Source: Leptospiraceae bacterium (lineage in GTDB: Bacteria; Spirochaetota; Leptospiria; Leptospirales; Leptonemataceae). From it: DNA of 64,000 bases. A program made the position numbers and the translations under genes. The notes beneath the pieces are model-generated. The model saw only the letters and a program-made list of their open reading frames with translations, had not been told where the DNA came from and did not search any database. Of this stretch, positions 31,201-40,610 are shown piece after piece (within the stretch, counting starts at the first letter, position 1; every line of letters begins with the position of its first letter). Where the stretch lies: assembly GCA_040217195.1 (NCBI GenBank), contig JAVJNR010000008.1, positions 128,001 to 192,000 on the forward strand, in the 5' to 3' direction.

Positions 31201-31399
31201 GAAGGAAGCTCTGGTGCTGGACTGGAGGAAGCGTTCCATTGCCCGGGCCCAGGTGCGACTGACCATTGAAGAGGTGCTGGATAAGTCCCTGCCCCGGGAT
31301 TTTGACAAAGAGCTGTACGAAAAGAAGGTAAGCCGGGTATTTCAGCATATATACGAGAAATATGAATCAAAGGAAAAAAGTGTCTATTCGGCGGCCTGA
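28253..31399 (+). CDS. hsdR: Type I restriction endonuclease subunit R
   Basis: RRPD...IELKK nuclease motif, WHTQGSGKS, DEAHRSQY, FTGTP, MQTIARANR. Confidence 0.97.
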   Translation: MPGPLSEDQLVEQPAIELFESLGWEFVNAFEEQEADGFGRETRAEVVLRPRLLLSLRKLNPKAPEDAVQRAADDLSQDLSTWNPVAANRKIHDLLLNGVLVDLQSSKSGNPDSMRLRVVDWADPSNNDFLIVSQFTVVGSHYTRRPDLIGFLNGLPLLLIELKKPGVAAFRAFDDNIRSYKADIPQLFHYNAFIIASNGLDTRLGSFSAPWEHLAEWKRAESEDEPAAVSLEKAIRGTCEPRRFLDLVENFILYSDESGGTKKLFSKNHQYLGVNNALKALDAARGKHGRIGVFWHTQGSGKSYSMVFFARKVLRKLPGNWTFVVITDRTELDDQIADTFAKCDVLSETESKECRPDSGTDLRRLLKENHRFVFTLIQKFRAGENEEFPVLSERSDIIVLTDEAHRSQYDVLAMNMRRALPNALFLAFTGTPLIAGEEKTKEVFGDYISVYDFKQSVEDNATVPLYYENRTPVLHLENPNLNDDIYQIIEDADLSVADERKIQRDLGRQYHILTRQDRLEKIAGDIVSHYLDRGYQGKAMVISIDKATAVRMHDLVQAAWADELAKVQKDLQANPGNIAFQRRKEILESTDMAVVVSSAQNEAESMKELGLDILPHRDRMNKDDLASKFKEPEDPLRLVFVCAMWLTGFDAPSCSTIYLDKPMRNHTLMQTIARANRVWPGKKNGLIVDYANVFASLEEALSIYGKGKGGDHPVEDKSELINELMDALKSTEEYLQSHGVDLKALLQLRGMELQKAIGDAANEFCSPDPVRQEFIAKERKVLSFYQAAKPDPALSQIAPRCALLGMIGRVVRERTAEEGGDPGEVMAEIQRLLDASIAAEGFEIAEKGSEYRILDLSKIDFEALQEQFKKSDEKKTLLERLKAQLAREIGRMIDENPTRYDFRQKFEELIQSYNEGSRTIEEAYKALLALSKALTEEQSRAVQEELSAEELAIFDLLMKPAPELKKKERSQVKAAARELMESVKEALVLDWRKRSIARAQVRLTIEEVLDKSLPRDFDKELYEKKVSRVFQHIYEKYESKEKSVYSAA

Positions 31400-31430
31400 A
31401 TGTCGCAGGGCCAGGACACAATACAACTGA

Positions 31431-33530
31431 ATGGAATGGATTGCTCCCTATCAAAAGGATGAAACTACATCGGCGCTGGAGGATCGGCTGTGGAAGACGG
31501 CGGATCAGATGCGCGCCAACTCCGGGCTGACCGCGGCGCAGTATTCGGGCCCGGTGCTGGGATTGATCTTTCTGCGGTTTGCGGATGTTCGCTTCCAGGC
31601 CATGAAAAAGGAACTGGAAAAGGAAGGAGGATCCAGCCGAAGGCGCTCTCCGGCGGATGATCCCCAGGCCTATATTGCAAAAGGAATCATGTATCTTCCG
31701 GAATCGGCCCGGTTTGAGACGCTTCTGAATCTGCCAGAAGGGACGGATCTGGGTAAAGCGGTGAATGAGGCCATGAGCGCCGTGGAAAAGGAAAATGAAT
31801 CCCTGCGGGGGATTCTGCCGCAGGGGTATCAGAACTACGAGAATGCTACTCTTGCGGAGCTGCTGAAGATGGTGTCTTCCATTCCGGAGGATATGAGCGG
31901 CGATGCTATCGGCAAGGTGTACGAATACTTCCTGAGCAGCTTTGCCATGGCGGAAGGGCAGCTGGGAGGCGAGTTCTATACGCCTACATCCATTGTGCAA
32001 CTGATGGTGGAGATTCTGGAGCCCTATCATGGATTGATCCTGGATCCTGCCTGTGGCTCCGGCGGTATGTTTGTGCAGAGTGCGCGGTTTGTTTCCAGGC
32101 ATAAGAAGAATCCTTCGAAAGAGATTTCTATCTATGGTCAGGAATTGAAGGATCTGGCCATACCCATCGCTCGTATGAACCTGGCGGTGCATGGACTGGA
32201 AGGGGATATTCGAAAAGAGAACTCCTATTACGATGATCTGCATAAAAGCACCGGTCGTTTTGACTATGTGCTTGCGAATCCGCCGTTTAACGTGAATGCG
32301 GTGGATAAGGAGCGGCTGAAAACCGAGGTAGGAAAGGGCAAGCGCTATCCTCTGGGACTGCCGCGGACCGATAACGGAAACTATCTGTGGATTCAGATGT
32401 TTTATTCGGCGTTGAACAAGAAAGGACGGGCCGGATTTGTAATGGCGAATTCGGCTTCGGATGCACGGTCCAGCGAGATGGAGCTGCGAAAGACGCTGAT
32501 CGAAGACAGCGCGGTGGATGTGATGGTGGCGGTGGGTCCGAACATGTTCTACACGGTAACCCTTCCCTGTACTTTGTGGTTCCTCGATAAGGCAAAGCGG
32601 GCTTTGCCACCCTCACCCCGATCCCCTCTCCCAGGGGGAGATGGGCAAATGGAGGGCTTGTCACCTTCTCCCCGATCCCCTCTCCCAACGGGAGATGGGA
32701 AAAAGACTAAATATCGCGGTGGATTCGATTTTGCGAGTTTGAAGGAGCGGGCCAGGGAATTACGAAAGAAGAATACGGATGCGGAGTCCTTCCTATGGGA
32801 GTTGTTGCGAAACAAGAATCTGGCAGGGTTGAAATTTCGCAGGCAGCACCAATTCGGCGAGTATATTGCGGATTTCTATTGTCATGAACTCGGACTGGTT
32901 CTTGAGCTTGATGGCTCTGTGCACAGCAAAGCAGACCAGAAGAAGCATGATAAGAAACGGGATTCTTATCTGGAATCTCAGGGGCTTACTGTGATTCGTT
33001 TTGGGAATGCAGAAGCACTTGAGCAACCCGAAAAAATCCTTGAGAAGGTTCTTAAGGTGAAAGCCGATTCGACCATGACGAATGATTCCGGGATTGTCCG
33101 TGGCTGCGATACGGTGCTGTTTCTGGATGCGCGGCATATCTACCGCCAAATAGACCGGGCGCACCGGGACTGGACGGAAGGACAGATTGGATTTCTGGCC
33201 AATGTGGTGCGACTCTATAGAGGAGAAAAGCCAGACTATTCGCTGGGCGGCAAGGAAGCAGAGGAGAAGATGAAAGAGATCTTTGGAAAGAAGCCAGCCT
33301 ACGCAGATGTGGCCGGTCTATGCAAGGTAGCCACGGTTTCTGAAATAGCAGAGCAGGGTTACAGTCTGAATCCGGGCAGGTATGTGGGCGTGGCGGCCGG
33401 CGAAGAGATGGATGAGGATGATTTCAAGCAACGATTCGCGGCGTTGCATTCTGAATTCGAAGAGCTGACCAAGGAAGCGCATGGCCTGGAGAAGTTGATT
33501 TCGAAAAATGCGAAGGAGATCCTGGGGTGA
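31431..33530 (+). CDS. hsdM: Type I R-M methyltransferase subunit with in-frame DUF559 endonuclease insert
   Basis: [21 protein letters not shown]; ~165-aa insert between LWFLDKAKR and [12 protein letters not shown]. Confidence 0.95.
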   Translation: MEWIAPYQKDETTSALEDRLWKTADQMRANSGLTAAQYSGPVLGLIFLRFADVRFQAMKKELEKEGGSSRRRSPADDPQAYIAKGIMYLPESARFETLLNLPEGTDLGKAVNEAMSAVEKENESLRGILPQGYQNYENATLAELLKMVSSIPEDMSGDAIGKVYEYFLSSFAMAEGQLGGEFYTPTSIVQLMVEILEPYHGLILDPACGSGGMFVQSARFVSRHKKNPSKEISIYGQELKDLAIPIARMNLAVHGLEGDIRKENSYYDDLHKSTGRFDYVLANPPFNVNAVDKERLKTEVGKGKRYPLGLPRTDNGNYLWIQMFYSALNKKGRAGFVMANSASDARSSEMELRKTLIEDSAVDVMVAVGPNMFYTVTLPCTLWFLDKAKRALPPSPRSPLPGGDGQMEGLSPSPRSPLPTGDGKKTKYRGGFDFASLKERARELRKKNTDAESFLWELLRNKNLAGLKFRRQHQFGEYIADFYCHELGLVLELDGSVHSKADQKKHDKKRDSYLESQGLTVIRFGNAEALEQPEKILEKVLKVKADSTMTNDSGIVRGCDTVLFLDARHIYRQIDRAHRDWTEGQIGFLANVVRLYRGEKPDYSLGGKEAEEKMKEIFGKKPAYADVAGLCKVATVSEIAEQGYSLNPGRYVGVAAGEEMDEDDFKQRFAALHSEFEELTKEAHGLEKLISKNAKEILG
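32610..32699. repeat. Two tandem REP-like palindromic units inside hsdM
   Basis: CCCTCACCCCGATCCCCTCTCCC-AGG-GGGAGATGGG (32610-32645) and CCTTCTCCCCGATCCCCTCTCCC-AAC-GGGAGATGGG (~32664-32699); both encode [12 protein letters not shown]. Confidence 0.85.
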
Positions 33531-34687
33531 TGAGTGGGGAGTCAGAAAAGAGGAGGATCCGCGAACTTTGTGACATTACCTCAAGTCGCCGAATCAAGCG
33601 TAGCGACTACCGTACCAAAGGTATTCCATTTTATCGGGGCAAGGAGATCATAGAGCGGAACAGTGGCGCCCAAAAAGTATCCACTGAGATCTTCCTGGAT
33701 CCCGAATACTTCCAAGAGTTAAAAAGTAAATATGGCGCCCCGGCGGCGGGCGATTTATTGTTAACTTCAGTCGGCACCCTTGGTGTCCCCTACATAGTTA
33801 AGCCGGGGGATCAGTTCTATTTCAAAGATGCAAATCTAACTTGGTTTCGAAACATTTCCGGCCTCAATGTGGAATTCCTGTACTATTGGTTGCTGGCCCC
33901 GGAAGGCCGCGCCCAGCTTAGCCGCTGCGTTATTGGTTCCTCGCAATCTGCCTATACAATCGCAGCGTTAAAGGAGATGGAAATCCCGCTCCCCCCGCTG
34001 GAAACGCAGAAGAAGATCGCGGGGATTCTTTCGGCGTATGATGATTTGATTGAGAATAATCTGAGAAGGATAAGGATTCTGGAGGAGATGGCCCGGGCGT
34101 TGTACAGGGAGTGGTTTGTGTACTTTCGGTTTCCAGGGCATGAGAAGGCGAAGTTTGTGGATTCGTCGATGGGGAGGATTCCGGAAGGATGGGAAGTGAA
34201 GAAGGTGGGGGAGGTGTGTGATTGGCAGTACGGTAAGTCCCTCAAGAGCTCAGATCGGACGGAGGGACCCTTTCCGGTCTACGGCTCGAGTGGTGTCGTC
34301 GGTTGGCACAACGAGGCCTTGGTTCCGGGGCCCAAGATTATTGTTGGTCGGAAAGGTAATGTCGGTTCAGTGTTTTACGAATCCAAGGACTTCTATCCTA
34401 TTGATACAGTTTTCTTTGTGAGTTCTGCAGCCCTGCCATTAGAATATTTGTTCTTCGACTTTCAGAGCAAGAATTTCATAAATAACGATGCTGCGGTGCC
34501 CGGCCTCAATAGAGAACAGGCGCGCTCGTTGCCTCTTCTTGTTCCGGACGCCCGAGTGTTGGAGCAATTCCGGCAAATTGTGAAGGAGACCTGGCGGACA
34601 GGAAACCTGCTCAAGGCAGAAAACAAGAATTTAACGGAAGCACGCCAAATGTTACTTCCGCAGCTTATCGGAGGGAGGCTTGTGTAG
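33527..34687 (+). CDS. hsdS: Type I R-M specificity subunit
   Basis: Two TRDs separated by [25 protein letters not shown]...GRIPEGW; C-terminal LLPQLI. Confidence 0.95.
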   Translation: MMSGESEKRRIRELCDITSSRRIKRSDYRTKGIPFYRGKEIIERNSGAQKVSTEIFLDPEYFQELKSKYGAPAAGDLLLTSVGTLGVPYIVKPGDQFYFKDANLTWFRNISGLNVEFLYYWLLAPEGRAQLSRCVIGSSQSAYTIAALKEMEIPLPPLETQKKIAGILSAYDDLIENNLRRIRILEEMARALYREWFVYFRFPGHEKAKFVDSSMGRIPEGWEVKKVGEVCDWQYGKSLKSSDRTEGPFPVYGSSGVVGWHNEALVPGPKIIVGRKGNVGSVFYESKDFYPIDTVFFVSSAALPLEYLFFDFQSKNFINNDAAVPGLNREQARSLPLLVPDARVLEQFRQIVKETWRTGNLLKAENKNLTEARQMLLPQLIGGRLV

Positions 34688-34694
34688 AGCCACG
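34683..34694. repeat. 12-bp direct repeat, copy 1 (TGTAGAGCCACG)
   Basis: Contains the hsdS stop; identical copy at 41019-41030. Confidence 0.55.
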
Positions 34695-34806
34695 TCCTGA
34701 TTTGAACTTGCCAACTGAGGCCACGAGTGGCCCAGTTACACTAGCAGGCAAGCCGATCCTCAAGGTATGCAGATTGGCGCGCATATGAATATATAAGAAT
34801 TGATCC

Positions 34807-35640
34807 GTGAATAGTACAACAGCAAAGAGGATAGAGAAGTCTTTGCCATCAATGACTTCCGATGCCGTTTATTTCGTCCATAGAGGAGGCTCCGTTAATG
34901 GGACAGTAGTCAATGCTGATGCTCTGGAATTCCTTGCCGCAAAGCGCAGCGAATCCGCAGATATCGTATTTTTGGATCCACCATTTAATCTTGGTAAAGA
35001 TTACGGGGATAAGAAAAAAGTATCTGACCGATTGGCCAGGACGGTGTACGAAGAGTGGCTTGGCTCCATCCTACGACAGAGCATTCGCATTCTAGCACCT
35101 GGCGGAACACTTTATTTTTATCATATTCCAGAGTGGGCGTTGCGTGTAGGCCACCTGTTGAATGCTGCATTGGATTTCAAGCACTGGATTGCCGTTTCCA
35201 TGAAGAATGGATTCGTTCGGAGGGAAGGTCTTTATCCAGCGCATTATGCATTGCTAATGTACACAAAGGGAGCTCCAGCCGTGCTGCGGCGTCCAAAGAT
35301 CGCGCCGCAGCATTGTCGGCACTGTGGCGAACTTCTCAAGGATTATGGAGGCTACAAAGACATCATCATGAACTCTGGTATAAATTTATCGGACTTCTGG
35401 GATGATTTGAGTCCAGTTCGTCACGGGAATACAAAGAATAGACTCCAAAACGAACTGCCTGCCCTTCTATTTAAAAGGATTATTGAGATAAGTGGGAAAT
35501 CGGGTGGCTTGTATATTGATCCGTTTTGTGGGACGGGCTCTGGTGTGCTTGCCGCCGTCGCGGGCGGAATGCGATTCGGGGCTTGTGATATTTTGGAATG
35601 GAATTGTCAGATAGTGAATTTTAGATTGAGCAATAGCTGA
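34807..35640 (+). CDS. Site-specific DNA methyltransferase (N6/N4, beta-class motif order)
   Basis: FLDPPFN (motif IV) precedes DPFCGTGS (motif I); internal CRHC. Confidence 0.9.
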   Translation: MNSTTAKRIEKSLPSMTSDAVYFVHRGGSVNGTVVNADALEFLAAKRSESADIVFLDPPFNLGKDYGDKKKVSDRLARTVYEEWLGSILRQSIRILAPGGTLYFYHIPEWALRVGHLLNAALDFKHWIAVSMKNGFVRREGLYPAHYALLMYTKGAPAVLRRPKIAPQHCRHCGELLKDYGGYKDIIMNSGINLSDFWDDLSPVRHGNTKNRLQNELPALLFKRIIEISGKSGGLYIDPFCGTGSGVLAAVAGGMRFGACDILEWNCQIVNFRLSNS

Positions 35641-35656
35641 GGAGAGGGTAGTAGGA

Positions 35657-37021
35657 ATGTCTGATTTCATGGCCAGTGGCTTTCCCAAAAAACGGTTCTT
35701 TATCGAGATGTTCACTCGGGATATCTATCTTGAGGATTGTATACTCGATCTAGTGGACAATGCTATTGATGGTTACTTGCGCAATTGTGGCGAAAAAATG
35801 AATATTGAAAAGCTTCTTTGGCAGAAGGAGATGGTCAAGAGAACAAGCAAAAGAAAGATTGAAATAAATTGGAGTTCAACGCAGTTCAGTATCAAAGACA
35901 ATTGCGGTGGGATCTCCAGCGATATAGCCCGGACTGACCTTTTCTCGATGGGGCATTCGAAGGATTACGACAAAGGGGTACTAGGGGCTTATGGTATAGG
36001 TCTAAAAAGAGCACTGTTCAAGATTGGCGACACTATTTCTCTTTCCTCATTCACAATGGAGGAAGGAATCAAAGTTGATTTGAACGTTCCTGAATGGGCC
36101 GCTAAGGATTCAGGTCGTAAGGGCGACTGGGATATTCCAGTCCAAGCCGTAGGTGTGCCGACAGCAAAATTCAAGGGGACCACTCAAATTGCGATCCAAG
36201 ACTTGCGTGACTCAGTTTCAAAACTTTTTTCAGATGCAAATTTCCAGTCGTCGGTCGTTCACCGAATAGGGGTGACTTACTCACTTTTTCTGAAATCGGA
36301 TATAGCTATTTACGTGAATGGTCAGGCGGTTACTCCAGTGGATATTCCATTGGGGAGCAGCGAAGATATACAGCCTTCTATCGAAACTATTCCCAACGCT
36401 GGAGGGACAACAGCTACCATTATTGTAAGTGTCGCAGCCAAAAAGCAATGGAGAGAATCAACAGCAGGTTGGTACATTCTTTGTAACGGCCGAGTGGTGG
36501 TGTTCGCAAATAAGACGGAATTAACGGGCTGGGGCCTACCTGTCGGACTGCCAGCTTTCCATTCAAAATTTAGAGGCTTTATTGGTCTGGCTATTTTTGA
36601 GTCGAATGACCCTCTAAAACTGCCATGGACCACCACAAAACAAGGCTTGCATCGAGAGTCTGCAGCGTACCAAGCCGTACGTCAACATATGTTTGCACTT
36701 GCTCGCCCCGTGATTTCATTTCTAAACAGTTTATACGCGGGGGAAGCAGCTCCGAATGAGGCCGATGAACGCCGCATTCGTGATCAAACTACTCAAGCTG
36801 ATTTAGCGGGCGTTGTCAGTAAATCGCGCTCTGAGGAGACAAAGTCCACCTTTAGGGTTACAAGCGGCACTCAGAAGAAAAAGAGTACAACAATCCGGAT
36901 TTCCTTTTCGGTTCCAAAGGCTGAGAGAGACCGAGTCATGAAATCTCTAAGGCGTGGAGAACTCCCTAATTCAGACATCGGAAAGCATGTATGGCAGTAT
37001 TACATTGATTCGGAGCTTTAA
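35657..37021 (+). CDS. MORC-like GHKL ATPase (HATPase_c_3 type) with S5-like domain
   Basis: ILDLVDNAID, IKDNCGGI, GAYGIGLKRA, GT..I; downstream GWYILCNGRVV and LPWTTTKQ. Confidence 0.85.
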   Translation: MSDFMASGFPKKRFFIEMFTRDIYLEDCILDLVDNAIDGYLRNCGEKMNIEKLLWQKEMVKRTSKRKIEINWSSTQFSIKDNCGGISSDIARTDLFSMGHSKDYDKGVLGAYGIGLKRALFKIGDTISLSSFTMEEGIKVDLNVPEWAAKDSGRKGDWDIPVQAVGVPTAKFKGTTQIAIQDLRDSVSKLFSDANFQSSVVHRIGVTYSLFLKSDIAIYVNGQAVTPVDIPLGSSEDIQPSIETIPNAGGTTATIIVSVAAKKQWRESTAGWYILCNGRVVVFANKTELTGWGLPVGLPAFHSKFRGFIGLAIFESNDPLKLPWTTTKQGLHRESAAYQAVRQHMFALARPVISFLNSLYAGEAAPNEADERRIRDQTTQADLAGVVSKSRSEETKSTFRVTSGTQKKKSTTIRISFSVPKAERDRVMKSLRRGELPNSDIGKHVWQYYIDSEL

Positions 37022-37022
37022 A

Positions 37023-37973
37023 ATGGCGATCGGAGAAAGCTATCGAAAAGTAAACTATGAACTGCGGCCTGCGAAGCAGATTGAACGTAGGATGATGGTC
37101 GATGTCCTAATGAAGCTGAGTACCGTTGGATTCCAGATATCCGAATACGTTTATGTGGGCTTTGGTTCTGTCTTCTTTGTGGATTATACCTTGTTCCATA
37201 AGTTTCTGGGGATTCGAAGAATGGTGAGCATTGAGGGCGGCAGCAATGTTGAAAGGAGAGTCCATTTCAATAAGCCCTACGATTTTGTGGACATCTATAT
37301 CGGCGATTTTTCGAGCTATGTGCAGAGTCTTCAGGGAATGAATGAAGTTATCCTCTGGCTTGATTTTGACAACGTTCTCGATTCAAGTATGGTTCGCGAC
37401 CTAGACTCGGCTGTGGGATACCTCAAATCAAACTCCATTATTATAGCCACAGTAGATTCTGAGCCACCGGGCTCAGAAAAAGACGGGCCAGCGGAATGGT
37501 TCTCGCACTTTAATGAGGTGGCCCCGGCCGAGGCAGCGGAATTTGCTAGTGCGGAGGCGCCAGACAGGATTGCCAGACGCCATATTTCAAAATTAAATCA
37601 GACTATTTTGGAAAGGCGACTCCAAGAGGCTTGTAACTATTCCGGTCGAGAGTACTTTCCACTCTTCAATTTCTTCTATGGTGACGGTCATGATATGTTA
37701 ACCGTTGGGGGCATTATTCTTGATAGCGATGCAGACCGCAGTAACATTAGAGGCGCGATTGACAACCTCCCATTCATTAGGGCACAAACCGGGATGGAGC
37801 ACTATTCAATTCGAGTTCCGAATCTGACCAGGAAGGAACGAATATACTTGGATTCATGCATGCCATGTGCGGATGGTTGGTTACCGGAGGAATTTGAGAT
37901 GCTGCCGGGAGAACCAGAACATTACAGGGAGCTATTCAAGTATTTGCCGGCCTACGCTGAGCTGTTGCTATAA
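37023..37973 (+). CDS. Putative methyltransferase-fold protein
   Basis: ATG 1 nt after the ATPase stop; SYRKVNYELRPAKQIERRM, YVGFGS, MVSIE, ILWLDFD (Rossmann-like spacing). Confidence 0.65.
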   Translation: MAIGESYRKVNYELRPAKQIERRMMVDVLMKLSTVGFQISEYVYVGFGSVFFVDYTLFHKFLGIRRMVSIEGGSNVERRVHFNKPYDFVDIYIGDFSSYVQSLQGMNEVILWLDFDNVLDSSMVRDLDSAVGYLKSNSIIIATVDSEPPGSEKDGPAEWFSHFNEVAPAEAAEFASAEAPDRIARRHISKLNQTILERRLQEACNYSGREYFPLFNFFYGDGHDMLTVGGIILDSDADRSNIRGAIDNLPFIRAQTGMEHYSIRVPNLTRKERIYLDSCMPCADGWLPEEFEMLPGEPEHYRELFKYLPAYAELLL

Positions 37974-38027
37974 TTGCCTTACCGCCAAGCAATTCCCTCC
38001 GAGGCTCTATTATAGGGTCCTCGCAGC

Positions 38028-38539
38028 TTGGATTTTTCTTCGGAGCCAGATCCTCTCGTGGAGATGGCTCGTACCGATGGAAAGCGTGCCACAGATCGGT
38101 TTCGTGTGGTGAGCATCCCGGAACCAGTGGAAGGGCGAATCGATCTAACATTCTTTGCTGTAGGGCTCTCCCGATTGCAGATCTCCGAGCACTGGGAGGA
38201 GCGTATCCGCCCGCTGGAAGCCGGTCAGGTGCTTTCGCTGGTGCGCGACCCAGAAAATGAATACGACGCTAACGCCATCAGAATCGAAAGCTATAAAGCC
38301 CTGGTTGGGTGCCTGCCTACTATGCAGAGGCTCTGGCGCCTTTACTGGACAAAGATGCATCCTCTCTGGAATGCCAGGTGCGGCGTGTAAATTACCCGCC
38401 GACTATGTACACGCCGGATATCTTGCTGTTGAATATCGGTGGTGTATGGCCGGAAGGGTGGCAGCCGTTTTCCGGGCCGGATTTTCAGCCGATCGTGAGT
38501 GAGCGGGAAGTGCGGGCGTACCGGGCGACAACCTTCTGA
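38028..38539 (+). pseudogene. HIRAN-domain protein, 5'-truncated and frameshifted
   Basis: DPLVEMARTDGKRATDRF...FFAVGL...LSLVRDPENEYDANAI...LVG, then continues in another frame PAYYAEAL...VRRVN...WPEGWQPFSGPDFQPI. Confidence 0.8.
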
Positions 38540-38554
38540 ACGCATCGTCCTAGA
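38277..38554 (+). repeat. ~270-bp direct repeat, copy 1 (3' half of the HIRAN gene)
   Basis: Aligns by eye with 40611-40879, with scattered substitutions and a short indel near the end. Confidence 0.95.
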
Positions 38555-38695
38555 ACTTCTGAAATTTCGCTCATATGGTCCCGCTTGTCAATAACTTCCA
38601 AGACCGGTGCCAGCAAGAAAGGAAAAAAGACTATACTTCCTCAACCAATCGAACCAATGAAAGATAAAATTCTAGATTTCTCATAGGAAAATCCA

Positions 38696-39964
38696 GTGCT
38701 CAAGCGAATCCTTATTCTCACCGGTGGACCATTACTCCTTGGGGCTCTCTTCCTCAGCTGCAGCCGGAACGCGGACTATGCTGTCGTGGATCGAGTCGGG
38801 CACGTAGATTCAAACGACAGCCGGTTTTCCTATGTGCCGGACAATCTCAAGGATGGTGATCCTACAACATCCTGGCAAACTCGCGGGCACTGGAAGAAGC
38901 GACCGGTCATGCTCGATCTCAAGTTTCGGGATTCTGTCGATATCGAATCTATCCGGCTCTGGAATGGCTACCAGAAGTCGGCAGCCCCCTGGGGCGATCT
39001 CTACTATAAAAACCAACGCATCCGGCGACTCAAGATATGCGTGAACGCTGCGGCACGTTGTATTGAGACGCAAGTGCTGGACCATACCGGTCCGCAGGAA
39101 ATTCAAATCCGTGAGAACGATGTAACCAGGCTTACGCTGCATATATTGTCGTGGTACACTGGCTCGAAATGGCAGGATCTGGCTATCTCAGAAATAGAGG
39201 TGGTCCAAAAGCCGTCCACCTTCCTCTACATAATGATCGGTCTGGTCGGCACGGGGATCGCCATTGCCCTGTACTTTCAACTTCGTATTCCAACGGTGCG
39301 CGCACATTCGGGAAAATTCGTTCAGCATTTGCTTCGCTCAATCGCACAGGCCTTGAAAGCGCGCGCTTCGTTTCCATGGCCGGCAGCATTAGCTATGGTG
39401 CGTTTCATCGGAGCACGAGTTATTCTGGCGGTCCTGATCGTAGGCGGGGCGTATCCGGGCATAGCGTTCTTCGAGCAGAATGCGCACCACGTTCATATTC
39501 TTTTTTTCAACAAGAACGAAGAATATGCCGGTAGGCTCTTTATTGCCATTGCCCGACTCGAAGAGCTGGAAAGACAGAATCCTTCCGAAGTGAGTCGCGA
39601 ATGCCGCAATCTAATGGGTACTTTTGATTCTCAGCCGGTCACGGATGGGGATCTAATCGGTCTCAAAGATGCGACGCGCCAGCTATGCCTCCTTGAACCC
39701 GAGCTGCGTCGCGAAGCCGATGGTCTGGAAGGCAAAGTGTTGCTGAGTTTCTTTCGAATGCTGTTTACCGGCAACCTGGAGGGGAGTCCTATGGATCGCT
39801 TCATCGTCTTACGGGAGGAGTATCGCAATCAAATGGAGCAGTACAAATACCATGCAGAAATTGTGAATAGCAGGTATCGCTCGGTGAAATCGGATTTGTG
39901 GAAGTTGGACGCCTCAAACCGGAGATTGTATTTGGTGGGTGGTTACAGTCCGTTTGGATTCTGA
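38696..39964 (+). CDS. Membrane protein with N-terminal discoidin-like/glycan-binding domain
   Basis: Lipobox-like LFLSC; NLKDGDPTTSW, IRLWNGYQKS, Y.GSKWQDLAISEIEV; further TM segments and a helical C-terminus. Confidence 0.65.
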   Translation: MLKRILILTGGPLLLGALFLSCSRNADYAVVDRVGHVDSNDSRFSYVPDNLKDGDPTTSWQTRGHWKKRPVMLDLKFRDSVDIESIRLWNGYQKSAAPWGDLYYKNQRIRRLKICVNAAARCIETQVLDHTGPQEIQIRENDVTRLTLHILSWYTGSKWQDLAISEIEVVQKPSTFLYIMIGLVGTGIAIALYFQLRIPTVRAHSGKFVQHLLRSIAQALKARASFPWPAALAMVRFIGARVILAVLIVGGAYPGIAFFEQNAHHVHILFFNKNEEYAGRLFIAIARLEELERQNPSEVSRECRNLMGTFDSQPVTDGDLIGLKDATRQLCLLEPELRREADGLEGKVLLSFFRMLFTGNLEGSPMDRFIVLREEYRNQMEQYKYHAEIVNSRYRSVKSDLWKLDASNRRLYLVGGYSPFGF

Positions 39965-40014
39965 AAGCATTCGTTTGATTCTGCGACGCCGGGTCAAAAA
40001 CAAATAGGGACCTC

Positions 40015-40476
40015 CTAAATCAAAGTAATCCAGGTTGTATCCCCGGCCCCCCTTCGGGCCGGCCGTTTCTCAGTCTTCCAGGCGTAGTTCTGATTGCCGA
40101 AAACGGAATCCATCGCCCTCGGTACAAGCCTGTACGCCATATTATTTCGATCCGGGATTTCATCTGAAAGTCCGGACTTCAGGCTCTCCTGTACAGCTCT
40201 CCAAGGAACTCCACCGTTTCGCAGCTGCTGCAGTAATCGTTCTTCCGTGCGAAAGGTCGTGATTGCCATTTCTTCTTCTGAAGTATTGGCATCAGATTTC
40301 CTTTTCGCTTTTGACCCGCCGAAATGAGCGCTAACTCGTCCCTCTTTGATCTTGCCGAAGGTGTCGCCACCCTTATTGGAAAGTGGGATGGAAATTCCGC
40401 TACCTCTCTTCCAGACGCTCAGGCGGGGGCCACTCTTTCCAAAAGTGAAGGGACCTATGCGAAATCTAAATCTCAT
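40015..40476 (-). CDS. Hypothetical protein with DUF4236-like N-terminus
   Basis: MRFRFRIGPFTFGKSGPRLSV...GISI pattern; 153 aa. Confidence 0.55.
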   Translation of the reverse strand: MRFRFRIGPFTFGKSGPRLSVWKRGSGISIPLSNKGGDTFGKIKEGRVSAHFGGSKAKRKSDANTSEEEMAITTFRTEERLLQQLRNGGVPWRAVQESLKSGLSDEIPDRNNMAYRLVPRAMDSVFGNQNYAWKTEKRPARRGAGDTTWITLI

Positions 40477-40610
40477 GGCTTATGTTCTCTCTACCGGATT
40501 TCTACGGGCTACTCTCATTGCTTCCGGCTGATCTATCGACGTCTACAAGAAATTATGCCCTTCGAGAAAGCAGGCCGCTTGTCTGACCAGAGACGGAATG
40601 CTTTCATAAA

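Noticed and set aside
30942..32243. 433-aa minus-strand ORF
   Set aside because: Antisense shadow of hsdR/hsdM with no recognisable motifs.
32601..33098. Intein in HsdM
   Set aside because: No C/S start or HN-C/S/T end at the junctions and no HINT motifs.
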